A stretch of DNA of 64,000 bases from Alphaproteobacteria bacterium. GTDB taxonomy: Bacteria; Pseudomonadota; Alphaproteobacteria; Bin95. The stretch spans positions 384,001-448,000 of the forward strand of contig OZ224045.1 in the NCBI GenBank assembly GCA_963665325.3, in the 5' to 3' direction. The position numbers and the translations under genes were made by a program. This document shows positions 54,294 through 63,324 of the stretch, piece by piece (the first letter of the stretch is position 1; each line of letters begins with the position of its first letter). Under the pieces are notes generated by a model. The model was not told the origin of the DNA, ran no database searches, and saw only the letters and a program-made list of their open reading frames with translations.

Positions 54294-56455
54294 CCCGACG
54301 CCGTGAGTTCGCGCCGGCGCTCCTCGCTCATCGACCACGGCAGCCAGGGCGAGAGGTCGTCCGGCGGATTGCCGCCGTTTTCCGCGCACGCGGTCAGCCA
54401 TTCCCTGAGCCAGCGCCGGACGTCGATGCCGTTGATCGCCAGCGTGCCAGCCACCGAGTACATCGTCGCCGTGAACCCGGCGCCTTTCTCGCTGTCGGAG
54501 CCGAACGAGAGCCGTCGTCCGATAACCGCGAAGCGCAACGAGAGCTCGCCGCGGTTGTTGTCCATGGGCACGAACGGCTTGTCGACGAAGACGCACAGCC
54601 CCCCGCGGTGGTTGAGAAGCGAGCGCAGCGGCTTGGCCCTGCGCGCCCTGTCCGTCAGCCCGGCCAGTTCCGCTTCGGCGGCTGCGAACAGCTCGTCGAC
54701 CTCCTTCTTCAGCTTGGCGTGCGCGATATCGAACGCCGGCGACTGTCGTTCGAGGGGGTGAGCGGGGTCGTAATGCTCCAGCCGATCGTCGTTCAGCCGG
54801 TAGATCAGCGCGATCCGCTCGATCCATCTCTGGCACCAGCGCCTGAGCCGCACATGACCGGCGGCACGGTCGATGAACGAGCGCCTTTGATGTGCCCAGC
54901 ACCATTGCAGGATCACCTTGCCGGCGAGTTCGCGAGCCAGCTTCCTGTAGGCGCTGAACCGGTCGCAGACCAGGACCACGGTATCCTTGACCGAACCGAA
55001 CAGCTTCATCGCGACCTCGGCGCTGCGCGAGGGGTCGATGTGGAAGTAGACGGCATCGTTGCTGACCGAGATCCACAACCAGGCGCGGCTCGACCGGCCT
55101 TTCTCGCGATACGCCTGAACGCGCCAGGATGTTTCGTCGGCGTGGCGCAGCGCGGCCTCGTTCTGGTGCGCGAGGATCGCCTCGGCCAACGGTTCGAACA
55201 GCGGCACGAAGCGCTTGATGCTGTCGGCCAGGGTCCCCGGCGAGATCGCCAGCCCCATGTCGGCCAGCCAGGCCGCGACCCGATGCAGGGGACGGCAGCA
55301 GACGAAGCGCTCGTAGAGCATGCACGTCCATACGCTGATCCCGTAGGGCGTGGTCTCGAACAGCCGCGTCACCGGCGGCGCGGTCACCTCCCGCGGCGCG
55401 GAGGCGCAGTCGCAACTGTGGCGCCAGCGCGACCGCACGATGGTGTTCTCGTAGGCCTCGACATCGATCTCGAAGAGAGTGGTGCAGCGCTCGCCGTTGG
55501 CGGCGTAGGGCTTGCCGCAACGCGGACACACACGCGCTTCCTCAGGCGGGTCGCGCGGTTCCTTCTTCTGCCCGAGCCCGGGGCGCTGGGTGCGGCCGTG
55601 CCCGGCGGCGCCGCGCTGCTGGCCGCGCTTGCGCCCGGTGCCCGGCCTCTTCTGCTGCTCGCTCCTGCTGCCGTAGAGCGCCTTCGACAGGACGCTCCGG
55701 GTCGAGCGCAGCTTGTCGAGCTGGGCTTGCAGCGTCTCGACCTGCGAGGCCAGCGCCGCGTTCTCGTCCTTCAGATCCCGCACCTCGGCGCGCAGCCGGG
55801 TATTCTTCTCCCGCAGCGAGGCGATCAGCTCCGTGGCCCGCACGATCGCCGCCCGCATCCGGGCGTTGCGTTCGCGCAGCCATGCGATCGTGCCCTCCCG
55901 GGTCTCCACCAGCCGCCTGGCCGCCGCGAGCTGCCGGTCGAACTGCTTGCGCAGCGACCCGGCCACGCGCTCGCCCTTGCGGTACACCTTCGCGATCCGC
56001 GAGCGCTCCCGGTCGATGTCCTGCTTCAGCCAGTTGATCTCGTCCTGGTGGCGTTTTTCGATCCGCTCCTGGCGCTCGTGAGACCTGCGCAGCGTGAGGC
56101 GAAGATCGGCGATTTCGTCGTCCTGGGACTCGACCCTGCGCTCCAACCCCTTCGCGGCCCGCGACGCGGTCTTCGAGGTCGCCGTCTTGAGCTTGAACCG
56201 GCAGGTGTCGAGCTGCCTCGTCAGCGAGTCCGCAAGCGCTCGGGCATCGCTCTCCGACCGGCGCAGTTCCTCGCGGCGCAACTCCGCCACAGCCGCGCGG
56301 CCCCGTTCCTCCTTGACGCGCGCCTCCGCCTCTTCAAGCAGAGACGCCCAGTCGAGCGGCTCGCGCGCCGGCGCCACGACGGGAAGCGACCACAGCATGT
56401 CGCCGCCCTCGGCCGGCGTCAGGTCGGTGACGAAATCCGCCTCGAGAACCGCCAT
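54290..56455 (-). CDS. IS66 transposase (TnpC) with a long coiled-coil N-terminus
   Basis: LYGSRSEQ, CPRCG, HADETSW, CDRFSAY, CWAH, DNNRGE. Confidence 0.9.
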   Translation of the reverse strand: MAVLEADFVTDLTPAEGGDMLWSLPVVAPAREPLDWASLLEEAEARVKEERGRAAVAELRREELRRSESDARALADSLTRQLDTCRFKLKTATSKTASRAAKGLERRVESQDDEIADLRLTLRRSHERQERIEKRHQDEINWLKQDIDRERSRIAKVYRKGERVAGSLRKQFDRQLAAARRLVETREGTIAWLRERNARMRAAIVRATELIASLREKNTRLRAEVRDLKDENAALASQVETLQAQLDKLRSTRSVLSKALYGSRSEQQKRPGTGRKRGQQRGAAGHGRTQRPGLGQKKEPRDPPEEARVCPRCGKPYAANGERCTTLFEIDVEAYENTIVRSRWRHSCDCASAPREVTAPPVTRLFETTPYGISVWTCMLYERFVCCRPLHRVAAWLADMGLAISPGTLADSIKRFVPLFEPLAEAILAHQNEAALRHADETSWRVQAYREKGRSSRAWLWISVSNDAVYFHIDPSRSAEVAMKLFGSVKDTVVLVCDRFSAYRKLARELAGKVILQWCWAHQRRSFIDRAAGHVRLRRWCQRWIERIALIYRLNDDRLEHYDPAHPLERQSPAFDIAHAKLKKEVDELFAAAEAELAGLTDRARRAKPLRSLLNHRGGLCVFVDKPFVPMDNNRGELSLRFAVIGRRLSFGSDSEKGAGFTATMYSVAGTLAINGIDVRRWLREWLTACAENGGNPPDDLSPWLPWSMSEERRRELTASG

Positions 56456-56541
56456 GCGCGAGACGGTAGCGCATGCGCGACTTAGTTACCAGTGAGAAAA
56501 ATCAGTGGGAGGCTACGATCCCCCGGGACCCGAACGGTTAC

Positions 56542-57130
56542 CGTCGATGTCGAGCGTGATCGCCGCCGGCGGGGACGCGAAGGAGCGGCAGAAGATGTCG
56601 ACCAGGGCGGCCGTCAGGCGCCCCGTCTCGCTACTGGACGGCGCGTTCTCCAGCCGGCTCATGGTAGGCTGCGAACAGAGATCGCGGCCGCTCTCCGGCG
56701 CCCGGCCGACCGCCAGCTTGAACAGCGGATCGGCGCGCAGGTCGTCGCAATCGTCGGCGTCCTCATACCCGCAGGCGATCGCGAACATGCGGAACCGAAG
56801 CATCGCCGGCAGGCTGTGGACGACCCGGTCGGGGTCGCGCCATTCCCGGATGCAGCCGGCCAGCGTCTCGGCCAGGCCGAGCCGGCGCTCCGCCCCGCGC
56901 AGCAGGACCAGCCCACCGTCCGACGAGATCGAACCGCCGGCGAAATCGGCAGTCACCTTCTTGCGGCTTACGGCTGGAAGATCGAACGGGAGAAGGGTAT
57001 CATCGGTCATGGCGGGCGTGGCGCTTTCGTTGCTTCGGCAGAAATGCGCTGGGAAACGAATTTCTACCCGAATCCAACGGGTTACGCCACGTTCGCCACC
57101 ATGCCTTCAGACCCTGATGAATACATCAGG
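56542..57130 (-). mobile_element. Truncated IS1380-family element (left end plus transposase N-terminus, CDS start 57010)
   Basis: ADFAGGSISSDGG, IACGYEDADD, SQPTMSRLEN, ITLDID; cut exactly at the IS66 end. Left-end-like CCTGATGTATTCAT at 57130. Confidence 0.85.
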
Positions 57131-57335
57131 TTAGACCGGTTGCCGGGGCAGGTCAATGGCGAGTACTCGACATGGCGAGTACTCGGCTGTATTCCGTCTG
57201 ACACTTCTGTCCGACGCCCAGCAAGAGGATTATCTCGACGATGTTTGGCAGGTCTCGCATATTTCTGCCATCGTTGAAAACCGTATTAGAAGGCTAATGA
57301 CAACTGGGCTCCGAACAACAAAGGACTAATGGTAA

Positions 57336-57989
57336 ATGCCATCAAGCGCACTAAGGAAGTTCGAAGGCCCAATGATGCGGGATGTTGAGCGCATTATTGC
57401 GACGCATGCGGATATGCAGGCAGGGAGCCCTGGGAACATGGGACTTGGGCATCTGACAAGAGCAGGCGTTCTTTTCCTATGCGCCGCATGGGAATTATAC
57501 ATTGAGGAAGTGCTGAATGAAAGTATCAAACACTGCATCCAGAAGAGTTCGTCACCTGAAGATCTCCCAAAAACGGTAAAGAAGACAATTTCCCAATACG
57601 TACGTGATTCCAAACATCAACTCAAGCCAATCGGTATGGCAGGAGACGGCTGGAAAACGATTTACTCTGAAATCGCTAGCGAATGGGTCGTCGGACTCAA
57701 TACACCCAAATCTCACAATATCGATCAAGGTTTTCGTACACTCGTGGGTATTGAAAAATTATCTGAAAACTGGTCTTTAGGGGCCGCCGTAGTGAATAGC
57801 TTCGTCGAAGTTAGAGGGGATATAGCGCACCGTGGATCGGATGCAGGCAACGTTCATATGAGTACGTTGAAGAATGCCTATAAAGAACAAATTACAAAAT
57901 GTGTCCTTGAAACAGATAATGCTTTATCGAATTACATCAGGAATGCGTTTTCTCCTACAAGCTATCCATGGAACCGGCGTCAAATATAG
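57336..57989 (+). CDS. Stand-alone HEPN-domain protein
   Basis: LCAAWELYIE helix, NTP, Rx4H motif RGDIAH; much lower GC than host genes. Confidence 0.75.
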   Translation: MPSSALRKFEGPMMRDVERIIATHADMQAGSPGNMGLGHLTRAGVLFLCAAWELYIEEVLNESIKHCIQKSSSPEDLPKTVKKTISQYVRDSKHQLKPIGMAGDGWKTIYSEIASEWVVGLNTPKSHNIDQGFRTLVGIEKLSENWSLGAAVVNSFVEVRGDIAHRGSDAGNVHMSTLKNAYKEQITKCVLETDNALSNYIRNAFSPTSYPWNRRQI

Positions 57990-58247
57990 TCTTCGTATTC
58001 GTTACTTGGGCAGATCGGCTAATTGCAGTCTGCGGTCGGGTTCTGTAGTCAAGCAGCATACTAAGATCCACGCTGGGGCAGGATCATGCTTCTGTATACG
58101 GTTAGCCCGGTGGCCGCCGGTAGCTTGGGTCAAGCGCGGGGGGGCGGGTCAATCCAGCGGTCGGGCTCACGAGGTGGCTCAGCAATTTTCTCGACCTCAC
58201 CCATTTCGGTTTTCCCTGGCCTCGGGACATCTGCTACGCGGGTTCTT

Positions 58248-58420
58248 CTAAGTGATCGCTCGCAGCTGCCTTTTGCTCGCCGGGGGGCGGCGGAAGACGT
58301 GATGGCCCGTCCATATCCTGTGAAGCATGATCGCCAGCTTCGTGGTGACCGCGAATACGGCTCTCTTCTGTCGCCGGCGCCGCGCTACGCGAATTCCGCA
58401 GCTCTTGTGGACCGATGGCC
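58248..58420 (-). pseudogene. Degenerate IS110-family transposase C-terminus
   Basis: Minus strand reads KSCGIRVARRRRQKRAVFAVTTKLAIMLHRIW, matching the IS110 K.A.VAVARKLA..L...W tail. Confidence 0.65.
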
Positions 58421-58947
58421 TGGCGCGGTGCCCGGAACCACCCCAAGCTTGTGTCCCGGCCGCAAAGCGGGAGCGGTCGCTGTCTCGGATCGGTGCACCC
58501 CGCGCCCCCTACGGGCGCGCGGGGTGGCCGCAGTTCGTCTCCCGGCCCCAAAGCCGGGGCGGTTGACGTCCGCAGTCTCACGGCGGATCGCAATGGCCGG
58601 ACGAAATTCCCGGTTCTTCGGGCGTCTCGGCGGTTCGTGGACTGCTTCGGTTCAGCGGGCACCCGAGGAATGAATGCGGGCCGGGTCATCAAGTCGAATG
58701 TCGAATTTTTCAATAGCGGGACTTGGGCAGGCGGCACATGGCGCCGAAACACCGTTGAGGTATGCCGAGGCGTAAACATTCCGTTTGGCCGTGGAGGTAG
58801 TTTTCTACAGTGTGGGCCGGCGTGGGTGCGGGCCGTCCGTCCAATCTCTCCTCGTTACAGCCATCACCTGCCTCGAACCCCTCCAGGCTTGCAGCCGCCC
58901 CGCGAGTCCCCCGCCTTCGCACAAGCAGATCGAGTTGGCCGAGCTGC

Positions 58948-59301
58948 TCACTTCTTCGTGCAAGTGCCTTGTATCGTCACGGTCGTCTTTCCGGCGATCT
59001 CCTTCACAGCGCTGAAGATAGCAGAAAAATCAGACTGTGGTTCGACAACGGAGCCTGATCCGCTACTTACTTTCTTACGGACAAGATCATCCAGAACGAC
59101 AACATCGCCACCCTGCCCCACACATAGGGCCTCCATCCTCTCCGTAGCCTCGTCAAAAGCCTTCTCAACGCCGGCTTGTATGTGTGGCGTCTCGTAAGTC
59201 ATCGTCATCTTGCCGCCATCAAGCCACGTGAGGCTGGCGCTCGTGCACGCAGCGAGCATCGGGACTGCGAGCAACGCGGGCAAGGCTGAGCGCATCTTCA
59301 T
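58948..59301 (-). CDS. Small hypothetical lipoprotein
   Basis: AGGAGG RBS, signal peptide, LAAC lipobox. Confidence 0.65.
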   Translation of the reverse strand: MKMRSALPALLAVPMLAACTSASLTWLDGGKMTMTYETPHIQAGVEKAFDEATERMEALCVGQGGDVVVLDDLVRKKVSSGSGSVVEPQSDFSAIFSAVKEIAGKTTVTIQGTCTKK

Positions 59302-59672
59302 CGATCCTCCTCCTGATGTACATTCAAGCATGACGGGTTCGTCGCGGTCGAATCAGCAAGGCGATGATACAGGCGCAGATGTCCATAGCCACCGCTTTTC
59401 CCAAGCCGACCAAACCGGCCGCTGATCGCCAGCAAATATGCGCTCTTCCTGACCGTCATCTACACCACGCCCAAACGGAACGGTTACGCCGAGGCTGTTT
59501 CGAGGCCGCCATGGACAGCATCTATGTGCAGAGGTATCCGGGCGGGAACGAAGTGCCCCAAACCCTCAGACCCACAAGCAGCCCGCGTCCTCCCGCTGCC
59601 GCGGCACGCGAGGCTCTGCGGGGCTCCAGAGATCGCGCCCTGTTCGGGCGGCGGCGCGCTCCGGTCGGCCGC

Positions 59673-60182
59673 TTATCCCTGCATGTGCCTGTAGGCGAGA
59701 AGCCCGGTCAGGAATGCGTCGGCCTGAAGGCTGCCCCGCACCCGGCGCCAGTCCCGAAACGCCTGTTCCGCCAGATCGGCGAGATCGAGCGCTTCCCGCC
59801 GGGTAAAGCGGAGCGCGCGGTTGTAGTCCGCGTCGTGGCGGGCTTCCTGAAGCTGGACGAAGGCGGTGGCGACGTCGATCAGCGGCTGTTGAACCTGCTG
59901 GCGGTCCAGGCCCGACGCGAGCCTGGGCGGTATCGACCTCCGGGTGAACGCAACGGCGGTCTGTTTCATTGCGGAGTGGCGAAAGGCGCGAGCGAGACTG
60001 TCACGCAGAGGGCCGCGAACGTTGCCCGCCAGCATGAGTTTCGTCGCTTCGTCGACCAGAAGGTGAAAGAGGGCGTAATAGGAAGCCGATACCGAGCGGC
60101 GAAGGCTGGCCTGGGTCGGTTTCTTGGGCTCCTTGCGGGCCAGGAAATGCGCTTGCTTCAACAACTCCGCATGAAGGCTCAT
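59673..60182 (-). CDS. HEPN-like protein (putative toxin)
   Basis: LRRSVSASYYALFH and LQEARHDADY motifs. Confidence 0.75.
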   Translation of the reverse strand: MSLHAELLKQAHFLARKEPKKPTQASLRRSVSASYYALFHLLVDEATKLMLAGNVRGPLRDSLARAFRHSAMKQTAVAFTRRSIPPRLASGLDRQQVQQPLIDVATAFVQLQEARHDADYNRALRFTRREALDLADLAEQAFRDWRRVRGSLQADAFLTGLLAYRHMQG

Positions 60183-60460
60183 GCCGAATGCTCGACCTCG
60201 GATGCGCCGCGGAAACGGACGTAGACGAGCATGGAGGAATCGGTCTTCTCCTCGACGAGATCGCGAATGATCGAGCGCAGTCGCGACCGCTTGGCGAATT
60301 CGACGTCATCGTCCTTCAGCATCGCCCACACCCAGACGGCGGGATCGTCGGTCGAGTCGGGGCCGGTTTCGACATGCCAGCTGCTGACAGGGGTGGGCAG
60401 TTCGGGAAGCTGGCGAAGCGCGGCTTCCAGGGTGCTTGCGGCGATGTCCATGTCGGTCAC
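60179..60460 (-). CDS. Small acidic partner protein (putative antitoxin, degenerate nucleotidyltransferase-like)
   Basis: GPDSTDDPAVWVWAML...YVRFR; ATGA overlap with the HEPN gene. Confidence 0.6.
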   Translation of the reverse strand: MTDMDIAASTLEAALRQLPELPTPVSSWHVETGPDSTDDPAVWVWAMLKDDDVEFAKRSRLRSIIRDLVEEKTDSSMLVYVRFRGASEVEHSA

Positions 60461-61347
60461 CCTCTTGGTCTGTCAGCGGCAGTGCCGTGTACATATGTGT
60501 CCTGAGGGCGAGTATGGTAGCGGCGGCGACTGCCTGCAACCTGAACGGTGGCTGGGAATCACGTCGCGCTGCGGAGTGCGGTTGACGATCGAGGCGCATG
60601 GCGGCCTCGCTCGGCATCGGGATGCAAATGCCTCGGATCGGTATCGAATCCGGCATTTCGTGGGAGCCAATTCGCTGCCGGCAGGCGGCCTCTGGATGTT
60701 TGGCGTTTCCGCTACCATGCGCCAGGACCTTCAGACCCAGAATCCGAAGGTCCAAGAACTCGGTGACGGCCCGAGATCGTGACGAACGCCTACGAACAGC
60801 GGTGTTTTCAGCGACTTGCCGATATTGGCGACGAGCGCGGTGGGAACCGCATGGGAATCGCACCGTTTGCAGCGCCGGGCGGTGGTTGGCGGCATCCGGC
60901 CATGGAACGGTCGCAGTTGTGTTGTCGGCGGTGGCCGAGGACCGTCATCGCCGGTCCCCCCCGCGCGGCCGGCTGCGTTCCCACCAAGGCCCGCCGCGGC
61001 CCGTCAGCGCCGACGCACCCGCAGCCACGGCCAGCGGACGCCGCTGACGCCGCCCGCGGCCATCCCGGCGTAGCCGAACAGCGCCTTGACCAGGGTGAAG
61101 GCCGCCGCCAGCGCGGCCGTCTCAAGTCTCCGGCGCTGCAATTCGCACCGGGAACCCCCGGGGCGCAAGATACAAGACCGTGCGCATCCTGCCGGCCTGC
61201 CGGGCGGCGTTCGTGGCGCGCTCCTGCCCGCCAGCCGTCTTTCCGGGCGGCGCCTGCGGATTGAGCGATGTGACGCGGCCGCGCGTTGACCCCGGACCGG
61301 GGGCGGAGCACCATTCGAGTTCGTCGGGATACGCGGAGGAATGGACA

Positions 61348-62295
61348 ATGCGCCCCATGATCGGGTTGTTCGCGATCCTCGTCGCCCTGGCCCTCTCCGG
61401 GTGCGGCGGACACCGGGAGGACATGGCGGCGATGGCCGCCGGATCCGGCGCGGGCGCGGAATCCGGCCCGCCGGACTGGCTGCTGGACGCCGGGACCGCA
61501 TCGGGGAACATTGCCGGAAGCAATGCGTACGCCATGACCTCGGACGAGCTTTCGGCGCTCGACGAGAGGATCGTCACCAGCGCCGACACCTGGATGCTCG
61601 GCGGCGTCTACCGCTCCCCCGGAGAGTTCCCCGGCTACGCCTGGGGGGCGGCGTGCACGGGCGGCGCCTGCAGGTACGGCGCGAGCGGGGAAGGGAACCT
61701 GGACGGTTTCTTTTTCGATGCGGAATACCAGCCGGTCATGGAACGCGGGGGCATCCGGCTCGGCCAGGCCTTCTACGACGCGACATCCAATCCCGACGCT
61801 CCCCAGGAGCTCACCGGCTACGGCGCCTGGATGCATTACAACACCTTTCTCGTGCAGATCAGCTTCCATCCCGACAAGGGCGCACCCGACTCGGTCCAGG
61901 CCGCGCCCTATTCGGTCGGCCGTGCTTCCGGCACGAATCCGGTATCGGGATCGGCGTCGTGGACCGGCGTCGCGGTGGGCACGGACCTGAACCGGCTGTT
62001 TCCCATTCCCGACATGCTGCAGGGGGATGCCGGGATCGTCTACGACTTCGGCGACTCCTCGGTCGATGTCACGCTCGACAATTTCGTCAATCTGAGGACC
62101 GGCGCCGCCGCGGGCCACAGGATGGCGTGGACCGGCGTCGCGGTGAATGACGGGGCGTTCTCGAAGGGCACGCACTGGGACAGCGGGCATGTCGCGGGGA
62201 CGTTCTACGGCGGCTACCACGAGGAGGCCGGCGGCGTGTTCAGGTCGGGGTCGATCGCCGGGTCGTTCGGTGCGTTCCGGTCGGACCGCCAGTGA
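61348..62295 (+). CDS. Lipoprotein with a TbpB-like C-terminal beta-barrel
   Basis: LSGC lipobox; GSASWTG, VDVTLDN, GTFYG..HEEAGGVF, GSFGA. Confidence 0.75.
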   Translation: MRPMIGLFAILVALALSGCGGHREDMAAMAAGSGAGAESGPPDWLLDAGTASGNIAGSNAYAMTSDELSALDERIVTSADTWMLGGVYRSPGEFPGYAWGAACTGGACRYGASGEGNLDGFFFDAEYQPVMERGGIRLGQAFYDATSNPDAPQELTGYGAWMHYNTFLVQISFHPDKGAPDSVQAAPYSVGRASGTNPVSGSASWTGVAVGTDLNRLFPIPDMLQGDAGIVYDFGDSSVDVTLDNFVNLRTGAAAGHRMAWTGVAVNDGAFSKGTHWDSGHVAGTFYGGYHEEAGGVFRSGSIAGSFGAFRSDRQ

Positions 62296-62548
62296 GTTGA
62301 GCGTGCGCGCGCTCGCCACGCAGGCGACGACGCCACGCGCCGGGTCGCCCATCGCTCCACCGCCGATCGGCCCGAAATCGCCGTTGAAAGCCTGCGCCCT
62401 CTCAAGGCGCTGCACAAGCTCATCCGCGAGGGACGCGTCGAGCGCGTTCCCGAGGGGGGATACCGCATCGCCGCTGCCGTCAATGGCAGGGGCTGCCGGG
62501 AGCCGTTACCGAAAACCGTTACCGCATCGAACCCCTAGGGAGGCAGGG

Positions 62549-63324
62549 GTAGAGTCGAGGACTGGCGCGCCAGCTTTAGGGTCCGGTGCCTGTTCCGTCG
62601 CTTTCGCTCCGGGCCGCAGTCCGGCTCCCATGACCGCGTTTCCAGTCCCCGCTCATCAAACCGTGCGTGCGATTTTCTCGCACACGGCTTTCGGACGAGA
62701 TCATGCCTTCGCGCTCGGAAGGCCCATAGCCGTCCGCGTAAGGCGCATGAGGCCGTATTCATCGTGTAGCCTCTCGTCCGGGAAGCGCACGAACGTCCCG
62801 AACTTCACCTTGTGCTTTCGACAGAGCCACCGGCGCAGCCGTTGAACAGCGTGTCGGTTGACCGCGCTATAGGCTGGGCTGACGTGCCCGAGGCTGAAGT
62901 AGTTCGCCCATCCGGTCATTGTCCGGTTCAGACGTTCCACAACCACCTCCGGCGATTGCCAGCAGTGCCGTCGCGTCGTCATTGCGCTGATCCTGCGGCA
63001 GATGCCCCGGACGCTCGCCTTGGTGGGTCGGGTTCCCGTGTAGGAGCCTTTGCCGGTCGGGCGATGGATGCGTCCAATACGGTATCCCAGAAACTCAAAC
63101 GCGTCCTCCGGACACCGCAGGCACCGGGTTTTCCGTTCGTTGATCGGGAGCTTCAAACCAGCCATGAGCCGCTCGACCGCCGCCAGCATGTCCGCCGCCG
63201 GGGCTTTGCCGACCACACAGAGATCGTCAGCGTAGTTCACGATTTCCGAACGGAAGCGCCGGGCAAAGCCCAGCGCCTTCCAGCCCAGCACGAAGCGCCG
63301 CATGTAGAGGTTACTGGCCAGTGG
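62549..63324 (-). mobile_element. 3' part of a group II intron (RT/maturase fragment plus domains V-VI)
   Basis: Domain V AAGCCGTGTGCGAGAAAATCGCACGCACGGTTT follows the ORF stop; 3' end reads ...TCGACTCTAC. Confidence 0.88.
62701..63324 (-). pseudogene. Group II intron reverse transcriptase/maturase, C-terminal half
   Basis: PLASNLYM, NYADD, FEFLGY, LN..MTGWANYF; no endonuclease domain; the upstream part is displaced by another element. Confidence 0.88.

Larger units (their letters stand above)
53326..56541 (-). mobile_element. IS66-family element carrying a DUF4338 gene
   Basis: Perfect 24-bp terminal inverted repeats GTAACCGTTCGGGTCCCGGGGGAT (53326-53349 and 56518-56541); GTAA termini are typical of IS66. 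Confidence 0.92.

Noticed and set aside
53412-55529. 705-aa ORF as a single long DUF4338 fusion
   Set aside because: The N-terminal part is an alternate frame of the transposase; the ATGA-coupled start at 54293 fits better.
60460-61340. Short ORFs between the HEPN pair and the lipoprotein
   Set aside because: No convincing RBS, motif or consistent coding signal.
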